Origin: Tubiluchus corallicola
Taxonomy: Eukaryota > Animalia > Priapulida
Direction: 5' to 3'
Length of the DNA stretch: 64,000 nt
NCBI GenBank assembly: GCA_030141605.1
Contig: JAQGDQ010000107.1
Coordinates: 1-64,000 of the forward strand
This document shows, piece after piece, positions 12,701 through 27,600 of this stretch. Made by a program: the position numbers and the translations under genes. Each line of letters starts with the position of its first letter. Within the stretch, counting starts at the first letter, position 1. The notes beneath the pieces are model-generated. The model was not told the origin of the DNA. It worked only from the letters and a program-made list of their open reading frames with translations, and searched no databases.

Positions 12701-15700
12701 ATCCGGTGCTCTTGCCTCCAACATCTCCCTGAAAATAAATGTATCTTTATTGCTTCATCATGAATGACAGAATTAGCTTGTTGCTCACAGTGTGTCATTA
12801 GCTGCAAAATTAAGCAACATGGGACCTGCTCACTAAATGAATTGATAGTCATTTAAAAAACTGGTTGCCGGTTGCCCCCACTCACTATTAACCTGAGTGA
12901 CAAAGAACGTACAATGTATATGCATTCGAACATGGTGATGATACTTTTATTCATTAGTATTGAAGATACTAATCTTTGCAACTGTCGTATATGTTAAGTA
13001 TATTAAGCATTATACAGACAATGGCATGTTTGTGGCATTGTAAAAGGGCAATGGTTCAGTGTTCGACAAAGCTAAGCAAGTTACTGATAGCCAAGGCATA
13101 GTACTTTCATGTTTTTTTTCGTTTGAATAGATGGCGCTTCCTGCAGGAGTAACTATTTCTCAAAAATAGACCTCTTTTGATGATTTTTGGGTTATAACTC
13201 AGGAGGGTCACAGGGTCACAACCTGAGGTGGCCCTCTACCCTAACTACAAGCATACTAAATTTGGTGGACTAGCTATGTATATTTTTAAGTTATTCCAAA
13301 AAGGTGCATATCTCGGAAACTAAACATCTCAGAATGAAAATAACAGCAGATTCTGAATGTTAAATTTTCGATTGGACTCGCGATTTTGGCACAGTGCATC
13401 AGATTCATCATTTCAGTGCAAATCCAGTGATATATGGCACGCTCTGTAGGATTTATATCTTCCGTTCACAAAGCATTTAAAGCGTCAAGTCTTCATTGTT
13501 AATCATTATTAACCTAACGAAGTGGACTGGCAAAAAAGTGGACCGGCAAAAAAGAAGACTGGCAAAAAAGAAAACTGGCAAAAAAGTAGAATGGCGAAAA
13601 AGTAGACTGGCGAAAAAGAAGACTGGCGAAAAAGAAAATCGGCGAAAAAGAAAACCGGCAAAAAGAAGACTGGCGAAAAAGTGGACCGGGGAAAAAGTGG
13701 ACCGGGGAAAAAGTGGACCGGCAAAAAAGTGGACCGGCGAAAAAGAAAACTGGCGAAAAAGTAGACTGGCGAAAAAGTAGACTGGCAAAAAATAGACTGG
13801 CGAAAAAGAAGACTGGCGAAAAAGAAGACTGGCGAAAAAGAAAACTGGCAAAAAAGAAGACTGGCAAAAAAGTGGACCGGCGAAAAAGAAAACTGGCGAA
13901 AAAGTAGACTGGCGAAAAAGTAGACTGGCAAAAAATAGACTGGCGAAAAAGAAGACTGGCGAAAAAGAAGACTGGCGAAAAAGAAAACTGGCAAAAAAGA
14001 AGACTGGCGAAAAAGTGGAATGGCGAAAAATAAAACTGGCAAAAAATAGACTAGCAAAAAAGAAGACTGGCGAAAAAGTGGAGAGGTGAAAAAGTGGAAT
14101 GGCGAAAAAGAAAACTGGCAAAAAATAGACTAGCGAAAAAGTAGACTGGCAAAAAAGTAGACTAGCAAAAAAGTAGACTGGTGAAAAAGTAGACTGGCAA
14201 AAAGATAACTGGCAAAGTGGGGGATTACCTTTCTGGACACTGTACAATACAACCACAAGCAGCACAGCAAAGATTACAAAAGAAGTAGACTAAAAATAAC
14301 ACATTTTAGCACAATGCTAAGAGCACCAGACATGCAGCAAACATGTACTTGCTACTCACATAACTTTTTCCTTTTACCTGAAGGTAAAACACACACACAC
14401 ATGAAGCCTTATACTTACAACAATAATAACATCAATGACTAATGAATGAAGAATGAGACAATGAAAAATTTTCATCCAATCAGAATTTGAACCCAACAAT
14501 GGACTGAAACATAGTGTATTTTAAATTCTTTTTCATGTAAGTAGAGCTCCTGCCAAAAGTTAAAAAGTAGACTGTCTTCAGCTTTTGTTAATTGATTTCT
14601 ACACATAACTGTACATATCCCATAATTCAATGGGGAGTGTGATGTATTAGCAACTTAATAGACCAAATTTGAAGTTAAATAAGTAAAACAGGACTTTATA
14701 GCAAACAAATAAACAAACATACACAAACACACTTCATAGAAATAGAGATTAATTGCAGATTTGTACAATTTGCAGCAATTTTATAGTATGTATAATAACA
14801 TGAAAGCTAATGAAAAGTGCAAAACGAATGACACACGACAAACCAAATAAAAAATTATCAACATGCACACCTGGACACAGAATCTTGAAGACACACAATC
14901 ATTTGTTGTATAACAGGAGCATACTCCACATCAACAATAGGTAAATCTCCAACAAGTACCTGTATTATAAAAAACATTCACATAAGATTCTACAGTGTAT
15001 TAAAGTTCGGACCAAAATACTTTTTACAAAGAAGAATTTAGATGACTTGACTGTTGCAAGAATGTTGATATTTTGTCGCACTGCTTTTGAGAGTAATGAA
15101 GCATTCATACTAACAAATTTTCTCGCCAAGTAACTCGCAAGCACGTTCAGACTAAAGAACAAAATTCTCCAACATGAAGTAAGCACCAGCTGATACTCCT
15201 CCTCTATTCACTGGGAGCCGTGTCAAGAGTAACTCGCTGAGACTGTTCACACTAAACAGGAAATCATTTCGTAGCAACTGTCTGAAAGTGTGCAATGACT
15301 TGTCGATAGTAACTCGCAAAGCAGTTCACACTTGCAAGTTTGGTGTTAGAGAAAAACTCCCAACAGAAAACTCGCTAGTCTGAATGCACCCTTAGTTTTA
15401 TCATAGCGGCATTGTCTCGTATCTTTAATCTGTGGATTTCTAAATTTAATGCACAGAATGTCAGGTTAGTAATTGTGATAGTTGTTTGCTAAACTTCAAC
15501 TAGTCCTATTGTAGGAGTGCTATGCAATCTAGAATCACCGAAAAGAGTGATATGATATATTTTACTATATTATGTAACAGTGCGTGTGTGTGGGTGTGTG
15601 TGTGCGCGTGCGTGCATGCACGTGTGTGTAACAGCCAGTAAAAAGAAACATTAAAGTAACAGCAAGTGCTTCACTGCCACCATTACTGTAACCCCCCACC

Positions 15701-18700
15701 CCCCCACCCCCATCCCACCTTTGAATAGTTTCCATGTTCCTCTCATGCTGTCTCCCCTCTTCAGGCAAATTCGAAAACTGAATAGGATTAATTAAAACAC
15801 CAAAAAATTGTCATAAAAGGCAAGAAAGCCCTTTACTTACATAAAGCTAGAAAATGTGTCTTTTCTATTTACATGAGTATTGCAGGCAAGAAAGCGTAAT
15901 ACTAAGTAATACAAGTAAGATAATACTAAGTAATATGCCTTCAAAAAAGTCTGTGCAAAGATGCAATTTAGCTATTGGCCAAAAAAAAACAGCCCATATG
16001 ATACATTTGAAAAACATGGCCAGCACACACAGTTAAAACAAGTAACGCCGGAAATTTCCTAAAATACATAAATATACCAAGGCGTCAGAATGTCTTCCAA
16101 ACTGTCAACCACCTACCTGCTAAAAGCTTCAATGATAAAATTACTTACAACAAAAACCCAGGCAAACTTGTTTTACAGGTCATTCAAAACAGTAGGTACC
16201 TTTAAAAGATCTTTAACATTTTCCTTGTTAACACTAATAGTTGGATTAGCAGGAAAATCTAGCAGAATAAAATTGTCCTCTTTTTTTCTGGCAACAAGTG
16301 GTCCACTTAGCGTATCAAATGTAATCTCTGTAAATTCGTTACCTGTAATAATTTACATAGCTGTAGATATATTCACTAGCTGCCTTTTAATTTCAGACCC
16401 CCCTATCATAATGATTATCAATTTCACAAATATTTAGAGCCTAATCGTAGCATTAGTGGATTAGCAATACAATCAAATATTGCAATGCCTAATTGTAATT
16501 TCATTATTGGAATAGAATATGGTTTAGAATATGGTTAACAGGCACTATTTTCCTTTTCCAATTTTTTAAAGTGCAGATGAAAAGAAGGGAAAGCTGACAG
16601 TCTCCTAAGAAAATGCCAAATATGATGAGAACTGAAAACAGCGGAATGCTTTAAGTCCTAAAATGCAAAAAAGGCACACAATCTAAAAAAACAATAGAAG
16701 AAAAAAAGCAAAACTGCATGGAAGCTTATTTGAAGTAAACGCATTAGCACACAAATAAATTCACAGTGAATTCGTTTGGTATTAGGTTGGCAAATAAAAA
16801 CTCCCTGATTTTCAAGACAACGTGAAAAATACTTAAGGGATCGACATAGAAGCCAGAGCCATACCGCTTCAGCTCAGCTCCAGTCGGTTTATTTCTACAG
16901 GCGACCTAGCAGATAAGAAACCCAGCTTTAGTCGTGCCAGCCGCTCGGTGACGGAAGTCGAGGTAGCTGACATTTTTGCCAGCTGTGAAGATTTTTGCTC
17001 TTGCGAACAAGTCACTGGCATAGCAGTGTCCAGTTTTTTTGCTAGATTACTGCTGTGTTTACCTGTTTTGAGGGCAGATTTCTTTTATTTTAGAGTTCTG
17101 CCTGCCCAATGTCTACAATTGACATAACGGGCTTATGATGATGATGAAATCACTGGTCGCAATGCGGTCATATTGTACGTGTGCTGGCAGAGATACTAAA
17201 CTTCAGAAATATTTGAATGAGAAAGCAGTCAATTCAAAATTAAATAAAATGCACAAATAGGCAACATTAGCCACACGTATTGGATCATTTTGGTATTTTA
17301 GTATTGATTTGTTGGTAATCCAGATAAGCCTTGCCAAGGGTTGGATTTAAATTATATTTGCAATAAATCCATTGCTAGAGTTGCCAGATTATAAGCCAGG
17401 AGATTTTTTTTAACATTGTGAGTACATAAAATATGAGAGATATAGAGAGATATATGGCATATAAAGGGGTGTGCTGTCGAATCACTTAAGCCAGTTCACA
17501 AATAAAACTATTCAAACTAACGCTAAATTGTTGCTGCAGGACATAAGAATCAAAATCTGTCATTCTTAATGGTGAACTCCAGCTGGCTGATTTACTGTGA
17601 GTGTCAGCTGATGTAGTAGCACTGACTCAGGTTCAGCTTCTAGATTTACATTTCTGTCCTGCTTAGCAAACTTACCAACACAAGAGAAAAGCACCGTGGC
17701 AGCAGCAAGAGTGGCATGACCACACAGTTGGATTTCACAGGCAGGGGTAAACCATCGCAGGCCAAACCGGGAAGAATTCTTGAACGAATCGTTTTCTGTT
17801 GGCAGTGCAATGAAACAGGTTTCCGACAAGTTCATTTCGAAAGCAATTTTTTGCATTTTTGCATCGTCGATTACCTAAAATAGAATAACCGAATGACTAT
17901 ATACATCACAATGTCTACAGCCATTTAATAATATAACCCAAGAAATGCAGATTACACCACAATTCAACTAATAAAAACAACACAGCCTTCGGACTGTTTG
18001 GAATAGATTTTGAACATATAACATATCTCCTGTTTTGTACAGTTCAAATAATACTCAGAATATCTATTCGAATTGCAGAAAGAAACTACAAAGCCTCCGT
18101 AGAAACGGAAACAACAACAACAACAACAACAAAATGCATTTTCTGCATTGATACTCATTGTAATTGTCACTTAAAATTATACTAAATCTTCATGAAAAAC
18201 ACCTACTATTATAATAGATCCAAATACAAACATAACTTAAAGGCACAGTCACCATTATCCTGACATTATTATGACTGATGTTATAAGTTTAATTGATTAC
18301 AAATTGATTTCAGCTGTGACTAAATGGACACTTTTGTTTTCAACTAACTTGTTAAATTTGTTTCAATATTTCTAAAAATAAACCAGTGATTTTTATTATG
18401 CAAGCCTGCGATTTAAATATTATAATATAATGATTTATTTATTGTAACACAGTTAATTCATTGAGTTAATCACATAAATAAATAACAAAAACATTATCAG
18501 TTAGTAGTTAAAAACTCATATCTTTACATAAATAAGAGTGCGATTAAGACACATACATTGACTGAGTTTGTGCTACAGGACCACAAGTTATTTGCAGTGA
18601 AGAACAGTGCAATAAAAATAGCTGAAAACAAATTAAGACGAAAAGTTTGTTAATGACAGATCATCATTAATTTACCTGATTGTGTGACACTAGACATACA

Positions 18701-18786
18701 GCAGCAGCATTTCCAGCAAATGCCTGGCTTGTGAAAGCATCCACCACATATAAAGGCAAAGTGCATCCCTTATTTAAACTTGTCAT
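9738..18786 (-). CDS. PBLD: PBLD/PhzF-family isomerase, tandem copy B (complete, 296 aa)
   Basis: Exons 18676-18786, 17676-17874, 16200-16342, 14871-14959, 12556-12728 (YDFYSRCFFPWDGLLEDPVCG), 11314-11376 (SAHTVFGCYWQKVLGK) and 9738-9850 (ARQCSKRGG...IEGKIHL*). Total 891 nt, open frame, GT-AG junctions, colinear with human PBLD as recalled. Confidence 0.93.
13521..14217. repeat. 16-bp minisatellite (consensus about CTGGCGAAAAAGWAGA, about 43 copies) in PBLD-B intron 4
   Basis: Tandem units read directly; explains the stop-free overlapping ORFs 13477-14265 etc. Confidence 0.95.
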
Positions 18787-19804
18787 CTTGGTCTGTTGAG
18801 TAGAAACTAATGGCAAATATGCAGCTACAAATTTTGAATATAGTATGATGTCTGTATCAAATTGCCTAATGTACATGTTAGATCATAAATCTGTACCAAA
18901 AACCTAAATACGTCAGCCTAGTTGACAGCCTCTTGGTTTTTTGTCGTTTCAAGAGCTTTATGCAATACCATAGGAAGAGGAGGTAATCTTACTGTTAGTG
19001 TGTGCCCAATCCAAAGCAATTTTCTTACTTGTATTTGTCTACTACCAGGAATCTTCTTGACTGCATTATACAGATCATCATTGGATATTCTATCAGGCGA
19101 TTTAATTGCGAGTAATTTCCTATAGAGACGTCTTCGAAAAGCATCAACTGTCCTTCTGTTGCTTAACTTTTATTGTCCATAGCTCAGCAGTGTACAAAAA
19201 CACAGATTCAACTAAAGTTGAAAGAATCCGGACTCTGGTTTCAAGAGAAAGTCTATTGTTATCAAAAATCATTGAGATATGTGAATAAGCAGACAATTTA
19301 AGAATTTTCCTTCTTTGTATGTGGGCATCGGTGTCTTACAAGTTACCAAGTTATTTACATCTTTTCCACGAATCATTACCGCATCTTCAATTTCAATTTT
19401 GTTCTATTGCACAAATACAATAGCGTATCATGGCAAAAAATTACAATTGCAAAAAAGTCAAAGTACAAGAAACACGAAAAACAACAAATACAGATGCAAT
19501 TATGCAACATTGCAAAACCACGAGTTTGTACAACTTACTTAAATCTAATAAGAAATTATGTGCTCTTACGAAATAAAACTTTATGCTACAACTACAAAGT
19601 AGTAGTAAAAACACAAAACCTAAATAATTAATATAATCACAAACGAGATTAAATTACACAATCACAGCACAAGGTTTATCCAGCACTCACAGATTACCAC
19701 CAAGATATAACTGCCTTTTTTATCACATTCATTTAAGCAGTTTCCAAAGTGAATAAGGTCTTCTGGGTTTGCAATTAGAAAAAAACCACATTACTGAGTA
19801 TATG

Positions 19805-20350
19805 TTACCTTTTTGCAAAGATATATTTATGCTCATATTTTTGTCTAATATCTTTATACAAAAGACAAGTAAAAAGGTAATATAATTTGTTTTCTACTAA
19901 TTTTGAGCTATTGTTGTGACAGTATTGACAAAGCCTTTCATGCCCTTTTTTATTTTGATATCTAAATCGTTCTATTTCCAGGTCATATTCGCTGTTATGT
20001 AATTTCGTAATCATTTGTCGCTGTTTCTCATTAGAAATAATTTTGAAATAATCTTCTAATTCATTATTGATTTTTACATATCTATAAAATCTTAGTTTGT
20101 TTTTGCCATCACTGTGTCTAGGATCATTATGTAGCTTTGTAAAAAATAGTTTTCTGTACATTGATTTAAGTTTATTACAAAATTCTTTTAATATGCAATT
20201 CAGATGCATTTTATCAATTTCATCTACACCACATGTTTGAAATCCTGGAAAATTTGCCCATTTTTGTACAAAGCTGTTTCACTTCTTCATGAGACTGGTA
20301 ACTATACACATTTTTAAATAATGTATTCCTTGACTTTATCTGTGTCATTA
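19805..20350 (-). mobile_element. 3' fragment of CR1/L2/Crack-like LINE ORF2 (duplicate of 5418-5960)
   Basis: ORF 19805-20209 carries LEIERFRY...ERLCQYC...LFTCLLYKDIRQKY. Confidence 0.7.
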
Positions 20351-23300
20351 AAAGATATTTAGGAAGAATTGTTGATGTTTAAATTAGCAGTGGGTATAAC
20401 GTATTCTTTGGTCTTTGTATTGTTCACTTTAAGATTATATTTTTCTATACGACGACTGTTGTACATTTTACATCTTGCAGTTCCTCAACTTCCTCTATGT
20501 CATGTCGCGGCAGTTGCGGTTCTCCAGTAAGCACATGTTGTTTCGTTGTTTCCTCGGTGTTAACTCTATCTGGTTAGATAGGCACAAAGGAATGTTACCG
20601 CGCAAGACACAAGTAACGTAATCAGCATTGATGCTAATCAACCATTTATGACTATTATTATTGTAGCTAAATTTCCAGCACGACACCTCTTCTTTTTCTT
20701 GTTTCCATTGCTATTTGAACAAATTCCACCTACTGCTTTGCTATTTGTGCATCTTCTGACTCAATCAGACTTTGGAAATTTACTTCTGTAGTTGGTAGCA
20801 CATTTCTTATAACAATCTAAATAGATCCTGTCTTTACCATATAGCGGACACCATATATCTCCTTTAAACTTACTTCTATAATTACATTTTAGTGGTAGCA
20901 TATTAAGCTTTATCTCTAAAACCCTTTTTGTCTGTTCTAGTGTTAACTCAGTTATATACTGCTTGGGTTTATCGTGCTCAGCTCATAAGATAAAAACCTT
21001 AACTTAGTTCTTGAGTATATCTGGTGATGTGCAGTAATTTTAATAATTTTTTTACGTTTTCTTTTACATGTTTCTTCCAGGTTAACTTTTTAAGAGTCTT
21101 AATATGCCCAAAGTGTATACCTACAGTATATACTTATGTACACTGTTCTATTAGCATACCCCTATAACTAGTTGACACCTTCTGTGATAAATTACTAGTT
21201 TTTGTAACATATCCTTCTGAATTTCTTCCATCCTACCCATTTCTACTTTTGTTACTTCACTCCATGTTTCTGTATTATAAATCACTAGTATCATAACTGA
21301 CTGTAAGAGGTTCAGCCTTATCTGTATTGCAAACCTACCAATTTTGTTTATATCACTCAAATTTAAAATATCCCTCACGATGCATCCCACTTTTTCACAC
21401 ATCCCACAACGGGATATCTTCAACAGGAAAACCGATCGTTTGGCAACGCGTTGACAGCGTATTTACGACGACTCTCATATCAGACACCTAGGGCTAGGCT
21501 TGGTTAAGCTCATTTTGCTAGTAATTTAGTATTAACAATGTTAATTTTTTTAACGATAAATTGCTGCCATGATCATTTATTAATTTTAGCAAGACTTAAA
21601 TAATTGCTTGCATAGTAGGTGAGCATTTCTCTTATTTGTCAATAAGAAATTTTTTTAAAGCAGCCTAACACGAAAAAACTTTACCATAAATATGTATTAC
21701 GCACATAAACTGACACCTAAAATGAGATTAAATAAAGTAGAATGTTAACAAACTACCACTTCTTCTGTAAAAAAACAAAACAAATTGCATAACTTTATAA
21801 CAAAAATCACAACAAATTACGCAAAATAACATCAGCTAACAACAAAAAGAGGCTGTGATTAAGTAAAGTGCATGAAGGAAACAGTGAAAGTGCATTTGAT
21901 AAGTCACATCAACTGAGACAGCAACAAGATTTATCAACTTTTTGACTTTTTCCAATTTTTATTTATTATACAATGAGTAGCATCACCTGCACTTAGTATG
22001 ATATCTTATGAGTTCACTTCTTCATTTCTACACATTTTGGTACTCTGTCAACTGGTAATAGTAAATCATTTTATCGTACAGTTATTGTAAGCTATTGTAT
22101 AGAAAACTCTCACACGTAGCTGTTCTTACTGTTGAGACAGACCTCATGCAACAATTTAAGTGTTCTTAGAGATTGTGTACATGCGAGTTTGATGTGACAA
22201 AAGAAACAAGCAAGATTCTAACATATTATTGGCTGCATATTGTTTCCAAATTAAAGTTTTTATTAAATAAAATATGCAGTAATATAACTTTTGATCACTG
22301 ACTTCCAGAAATCTTAAGTGTGGCAATGAGCTATTCTGATAAATTTATATTGCTTCATGATATCTAACATATACAACATTAGAATTGTACTATAAAATGC
22401 CCCCTTATTCTTGCCAGGAATTTAAACATATAAGGAACTGCATTTTCTGCTTTGAGTTCATTTATTGTAACACAGAAACATAGTTAAAGTTTAAATAAAC
22501 AAGAATAATCTCATTAAACAAACAAAAATAATTTCATTTTAATTATTCAATCCACGATTTATACAGCTATAAATATAACTGTAATCAAAAAGTATAGCTT
22601 AGCGCATCTGTAACTTCGTAATCTGCTTTAAGCAGAAACCTGTTAACTTATTTCCTATCCTGTTTCATCCTGTTTACAAAAAATATAATTTCATCTTAAT
22701 GTGGACTTGGTCGATTTATAAAGCCACAAAAATTACTGTAATCAAATAACACAGCAGTAACTTGATAATCCACTTTAAGCAGAAACATATTAACTTATTT
22801 GGCACAATTTACACAATAATGCTGTATTTTCATTCAAATATAGAAATTGCATGGCGCATATAACCGCCATTATTATAGTCCTAAGCCGCTTTAACCGAGA
22901 ACAAGTTAATTTATTTGGCACAATTGATAAAATATCACTCAATCCTCTACCCTAATAAAGCAACAATGTGGCACATTTAAATTCTAAAATATAAAACCTA
23001 CAATAATTAACTTCAGAAATGGGCAAAAAAGGTAAGGTCAACTTTGGTCCATAAGTAAAACTTCCCAAATGCATAACAATAGTGGTGTAGTCTAGCTGGT
23101 ATATAGAGAAAAGATAGTATACATCAACAACAACAAAAACGTCCATCCCACTTAGTGCATAGAACATAAAATAATATTTCTATTAAAACTGCACATAATC
23201 CTTTGACTAAAATTGTAAAATTATTATAGGGAACAACACTATTTCAGAATTCCACTCAGTTCACTACATGCTAAAAGCTTATTTTAATTTTCCCTTAAAA

Positions 23301-23762
23301 GGAGCATTTCTAATTAAAAACACAACAATGATAAAATAATCACTGATCATAAGAGAACATTATACACCATTCTATTTTCCCTTAAAGGAACTCTTTTTTA
23401 TATTAACTACGCACTGCTACAGTTCTACCTTCGTTCTATTTTCTAGCACTTACCTGACATGAAAATGATAAACAGGGTTGCTTTTTATATGATAATTATT
23501 CGAATATACGATAATTTGATGCTTCATACCATACAAAAAAAACAGACTGTACGATAACAGATAATTATACGATAATTTAGACAAAAAACATTACTGCTTA
23601 CCAGGGGAAAGTAAACAAATTTTGACTTCGTTGTAATCCAAACCATGCTGGTCGCAATTAGTGGTCAAAGTTTTCAGAAAAAAGCAGTAATTTCAAAAGA
23701 GACTGGTAGCGACATTCTACTGTGTTTTGATAAACTTAATTTTACACTTGCTAATGGTACTT

Positions 23763-24393
23763 GTTATCTCTCAGGCCAGCTTGGGTACAGTGAAGCCAGG
23801 TGTTTTGATTCTAGAGTGTCATTATTCATTTTGCATTACCTGTAGAGTTTGTTTGACATGCTTGGCCGCTCTTGTATGAGTGGTTAGATAGCCTTAGAAT
23901 AGGAAAAAATTGTGTTTTTAGTGGTATAGTAGTTGTGAAGTCAGTATGCCACCGTTGTAGAATCAGTATGTCTCTGTTAATTTCTGAAGACTGGCTTAAA
24001 GTTTTTTCTACAGATCCTCAAACGTTTGTAAGTTCTTATGTTTCTTCATTTTTATGCAGAACTTTGCAGTAATTTATTTGTCAGCTTGGTAGTTTCTAAT
24101 AGTGTTACGGTGATGCCTAATTATTGTTTTTTTTTTGCAACTGCATATGCATATGCGTGTTTTTGTGTAGGCGTGCATGCTGATTTGTGATATGTCAGGA
24201 AGTTTATTTATTAGTAAATTCTGCTTCAGTATGCTTGTTAATTTGCTAATGCTTGTTCCTTTATTTATTTTTTGCATGTCTGTTATGGATTTACTTTTGT
24301 TTCATGTTCTTTTTTCTTGTTTCTCTTGCAGTTTCACCTTTTTTACAATGAGTGGAAAATAAAATCTGTAAAACAAATAGCCAGTTTTCTACA
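23763..24393. mobile_element. 631-bp insertion with 6-bp target duplication (GTACTT), downstream of PBLD-C only
   Basis: Copy B has an uninterrupted ggtactttttggtgttatgg at 9521; copy C has gtactt...[insert]...gtactttttggtgttatgg. Confidence 0.7.
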
Positions 24394-24609
24394 GTACTTT
24401 TTGGTGTTATGGTTACTTATTAAATGCATAATTATACAATAATAATAACAATTTGCTGCAAATACACAGAAATTTTGAATTTTGCATGAAGATGCGATAA
24501 TATGGTGGAAAATACTATAATTTTTAGCTTCCAAAACAATAATCTTTATCAACCAGAATGGCAACACTGTGATAAAGCAATCAGATAAAGTACGATTCCA
24601 TGATTTAGA

Positions 24610-27600
24610 CTATAAATAGATCTTTCCTTCTATAACGACTACAGACTTGCCTCCAATCTCGACTCTCTTGTCTTCTCGTACATTCACGTAGACATCTCCT
24701 CCTCTTTTTGAGCACTGACGAGCTACAAAAACGCACAAAGCACATGACAAAATAACAACTTTGCAACTTTATTTTGATATTGTTCATAAGAAAAAAAGAT
24801 ATGATTTCAACAAGCCAAATAAAAATCAATCATGCACCCACCTATTCATTCATTCATTCAATCAATCAATCATTACATTCATTCACGAAAATTTGTTAGG
24901 CCTATATATTTACTTACTTGTTTAAGTTTTATATTTATTTGCAAATGAGGCAATATGGTGATATGAAACTGCACATGAAACTGAATTTAGATCAATAAAT
25001 GAACCTCCAAAGCAAAATTATAGTGTCATGCAAGTAAAACAGCTTCAGCCCCTAAATTCAGCCCGAAAATCAACTTGTGCAAGTCACAATTAAAAATATA
25101 TTTGTTTTGGTATACATTTATCAAAAGTAAAATACATGCAAAAACCAAAAGCCTTAAAATCACGTAGAATTGTGTACAAGAATAATAATCCCTTTACAGA
25201 TCATTTTTATATATCTATCAAGAATGTTTAGAACATATATATATATATATATATATATATAGGTCCATCATCTCTAAAATAAGTGGGAGAGTGTGCATAT
25301 GCATTAAAACCTCCAAAACTATCAAATCTTTAAGCTTTTTGCTGAAAATTGTCTTAAAATCTCTAAATCTCTTGTTTTTTAATTACTAACAAAAATTATT
25401 TTTCATTGTATTAATTATTTATACTAAAACTACATTGCTGTATAAAAAATTTTATACGAACAAAAGATTATTATTAATAATAATAAAAATGTGCAAAAAC
25501 AGCAAATTTCAAATGATGCAGAATTCACAGTCGAAGACATATATGTACGTAGCAGATGTGCTATGTAGCCAAGGAAATAAGGTCAAACTCAGTTTACACA
25601 TATTCCTGGAGCTGTGCTGGGCCCTGCTAGCTGTCTAAACGTACTAAACTAAGCGATAATACACTTCGCCAGAGTTTAAATGGAGCGCTAGATACTAATG
25701 ATAAATATGTACATCAAATAGGCATAAGCCAATACAAAAAATAGACATAATAGTACATCATGGAGGCGGTAAAAGGGTTAAGCAAGATACTGTTCCGGTA
25801 ACATATGCTGCACAAGTCTATGTGATATGGTATTGCAGGGCAGTAATTATACTTTGTGACTGGCCACTAAAAATATATATTGTTCAAAATAACAATTATA
25901 TTTTATAGCATTCTGTAATTTTTTGTGAAAAATTATGTAAACTAAGACGCAGTTATTTACAATGGCTGGAAATTTTCATTTTTTAACCTTTCGAGGACTT
26001 TACACACATTAAATTACAGTGTGCTGTACGACATTAAGTAAATCAAACCTATGTCGCTCTTTGTCAGCATGGTAATAATCTTGCACAGAATTTAAATTGA
26101 GATCTACTGACATACTGAAAAACATACAAAATCAGATCATAAACGAATAAGCATCATAAGTTAAATTATAACAAACGTCATAAAACAGCAAATTATCCTA
26201 CCTTGAAAAGTTGATTTTCCCAGCACTTTTTGCCAGTAACAACCAAATATAGTGTGAGCCGACCCTAACATAGTCAGAAATTAGTTGGAGATTACTGGCA
26301 TCAAACATTGCAAACTTTAAACATGCAAATATAATGAATTAAGATAGGCTTTTCATGTTTTTGAAAAAAAAACATTTCATGTTTTTGAAAATCAGGCCTA
26401 CAATGTATACTTTATTCACTGGAACTATTACCACATAAGTCCTTCTGTACTGGATAGAATATTTTGTGGCCAAAATTTCATTATTCTCATAAAAACTGCA
26501 AAGTTAGAAACCACCTCAACAGAAAAACCATAAAACTGGCAACTCCTTCAGTGACATAGTGATTTTCAGTCAGACTTAAGACAGAAAATGCAAGACTAAC
26601 ACAGAACAAAACTAAAACTAATCTTCATCTTAAAACTAGAGGCATGAGCCATGTCGTTTCAGCTGAACTCCAGGCAATTCACTTCTACAGTCGACCTAGC
26701 CGATAAGAAACCCAGCTTTAGTCGCACCAGCCACTCAGAGATGAGTGGAGCCAGCCGACATTTTTGCCGGCTGCGAAGATTTTAGCTCTTGCGAACAAGC
26801 CACTGCCAAAGCAGTGTCTAGTTTTTTGCTAGGTTACTGCTGTGTTTACCTGTCTTGAGGGCAGATTTCTTTTATTTTAGAGTTCTGCCTACCCAATGTC
26901 TACAATTGACATAACAGGCTTGTGATGATGACGAAATCACTGGGTGAAATTTGGCGAATGCACTACGGATTCGTGGTCATACTGTGTGCGTGTGCTGGCA
27001 GAGATACTATCTTTGAAAAATTTTTTAATGAGAAAGCAGTCAATTCAAAATTAAACACAAAAATAGGCAATGTTAGACACACGCATGGGATCATTTTAGT
27101 GTTTTGGTATTGATTTGGGCACTCTTGCAGTTTAGGTGGTTCTCTTCACACCCTACTATCTTCCTACATCAGTCCCACTGCCGACACTCTACCTGTTTTC
27201 CACTCCAAATCTTGCCTCTGTCTTCCACCCCATCGCCAAGCCTCCAAGAATGTAAAGCCGCCAAGAGTGCCAAGAACACCCAGCTGTCCAACCCAACATG
27301 CCATACTGAAAACTTGCCAAAACTAACTGATTGACTAACTGACTAGCTTATATAGCTAACTAACTAATTAACAATCTTCGTATAGCTACCTCTTTTGTAT
27401 GGCATGAAGCCTCAAATTATCGTATGTTCCAATATTAATTATTTTACTGTATAAACCACAACCCTAGTTGTGCTGCATTTCAAAAGAGAAAGAAAAGTTA
27501 CAAAACAACGCCAGTAGAGTACGCCACTTACTGGCAAACACAGACGCAGCAAAATGGTGCACATCAAGAATAATAAACATAATTTCTTTTGTTTAGCTTT

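Noticed and set aside
13477-14265. 262-aa ORF and overlapping ORFs
   Set aside because: By-products of the 16-bp satellite, inside an intron.
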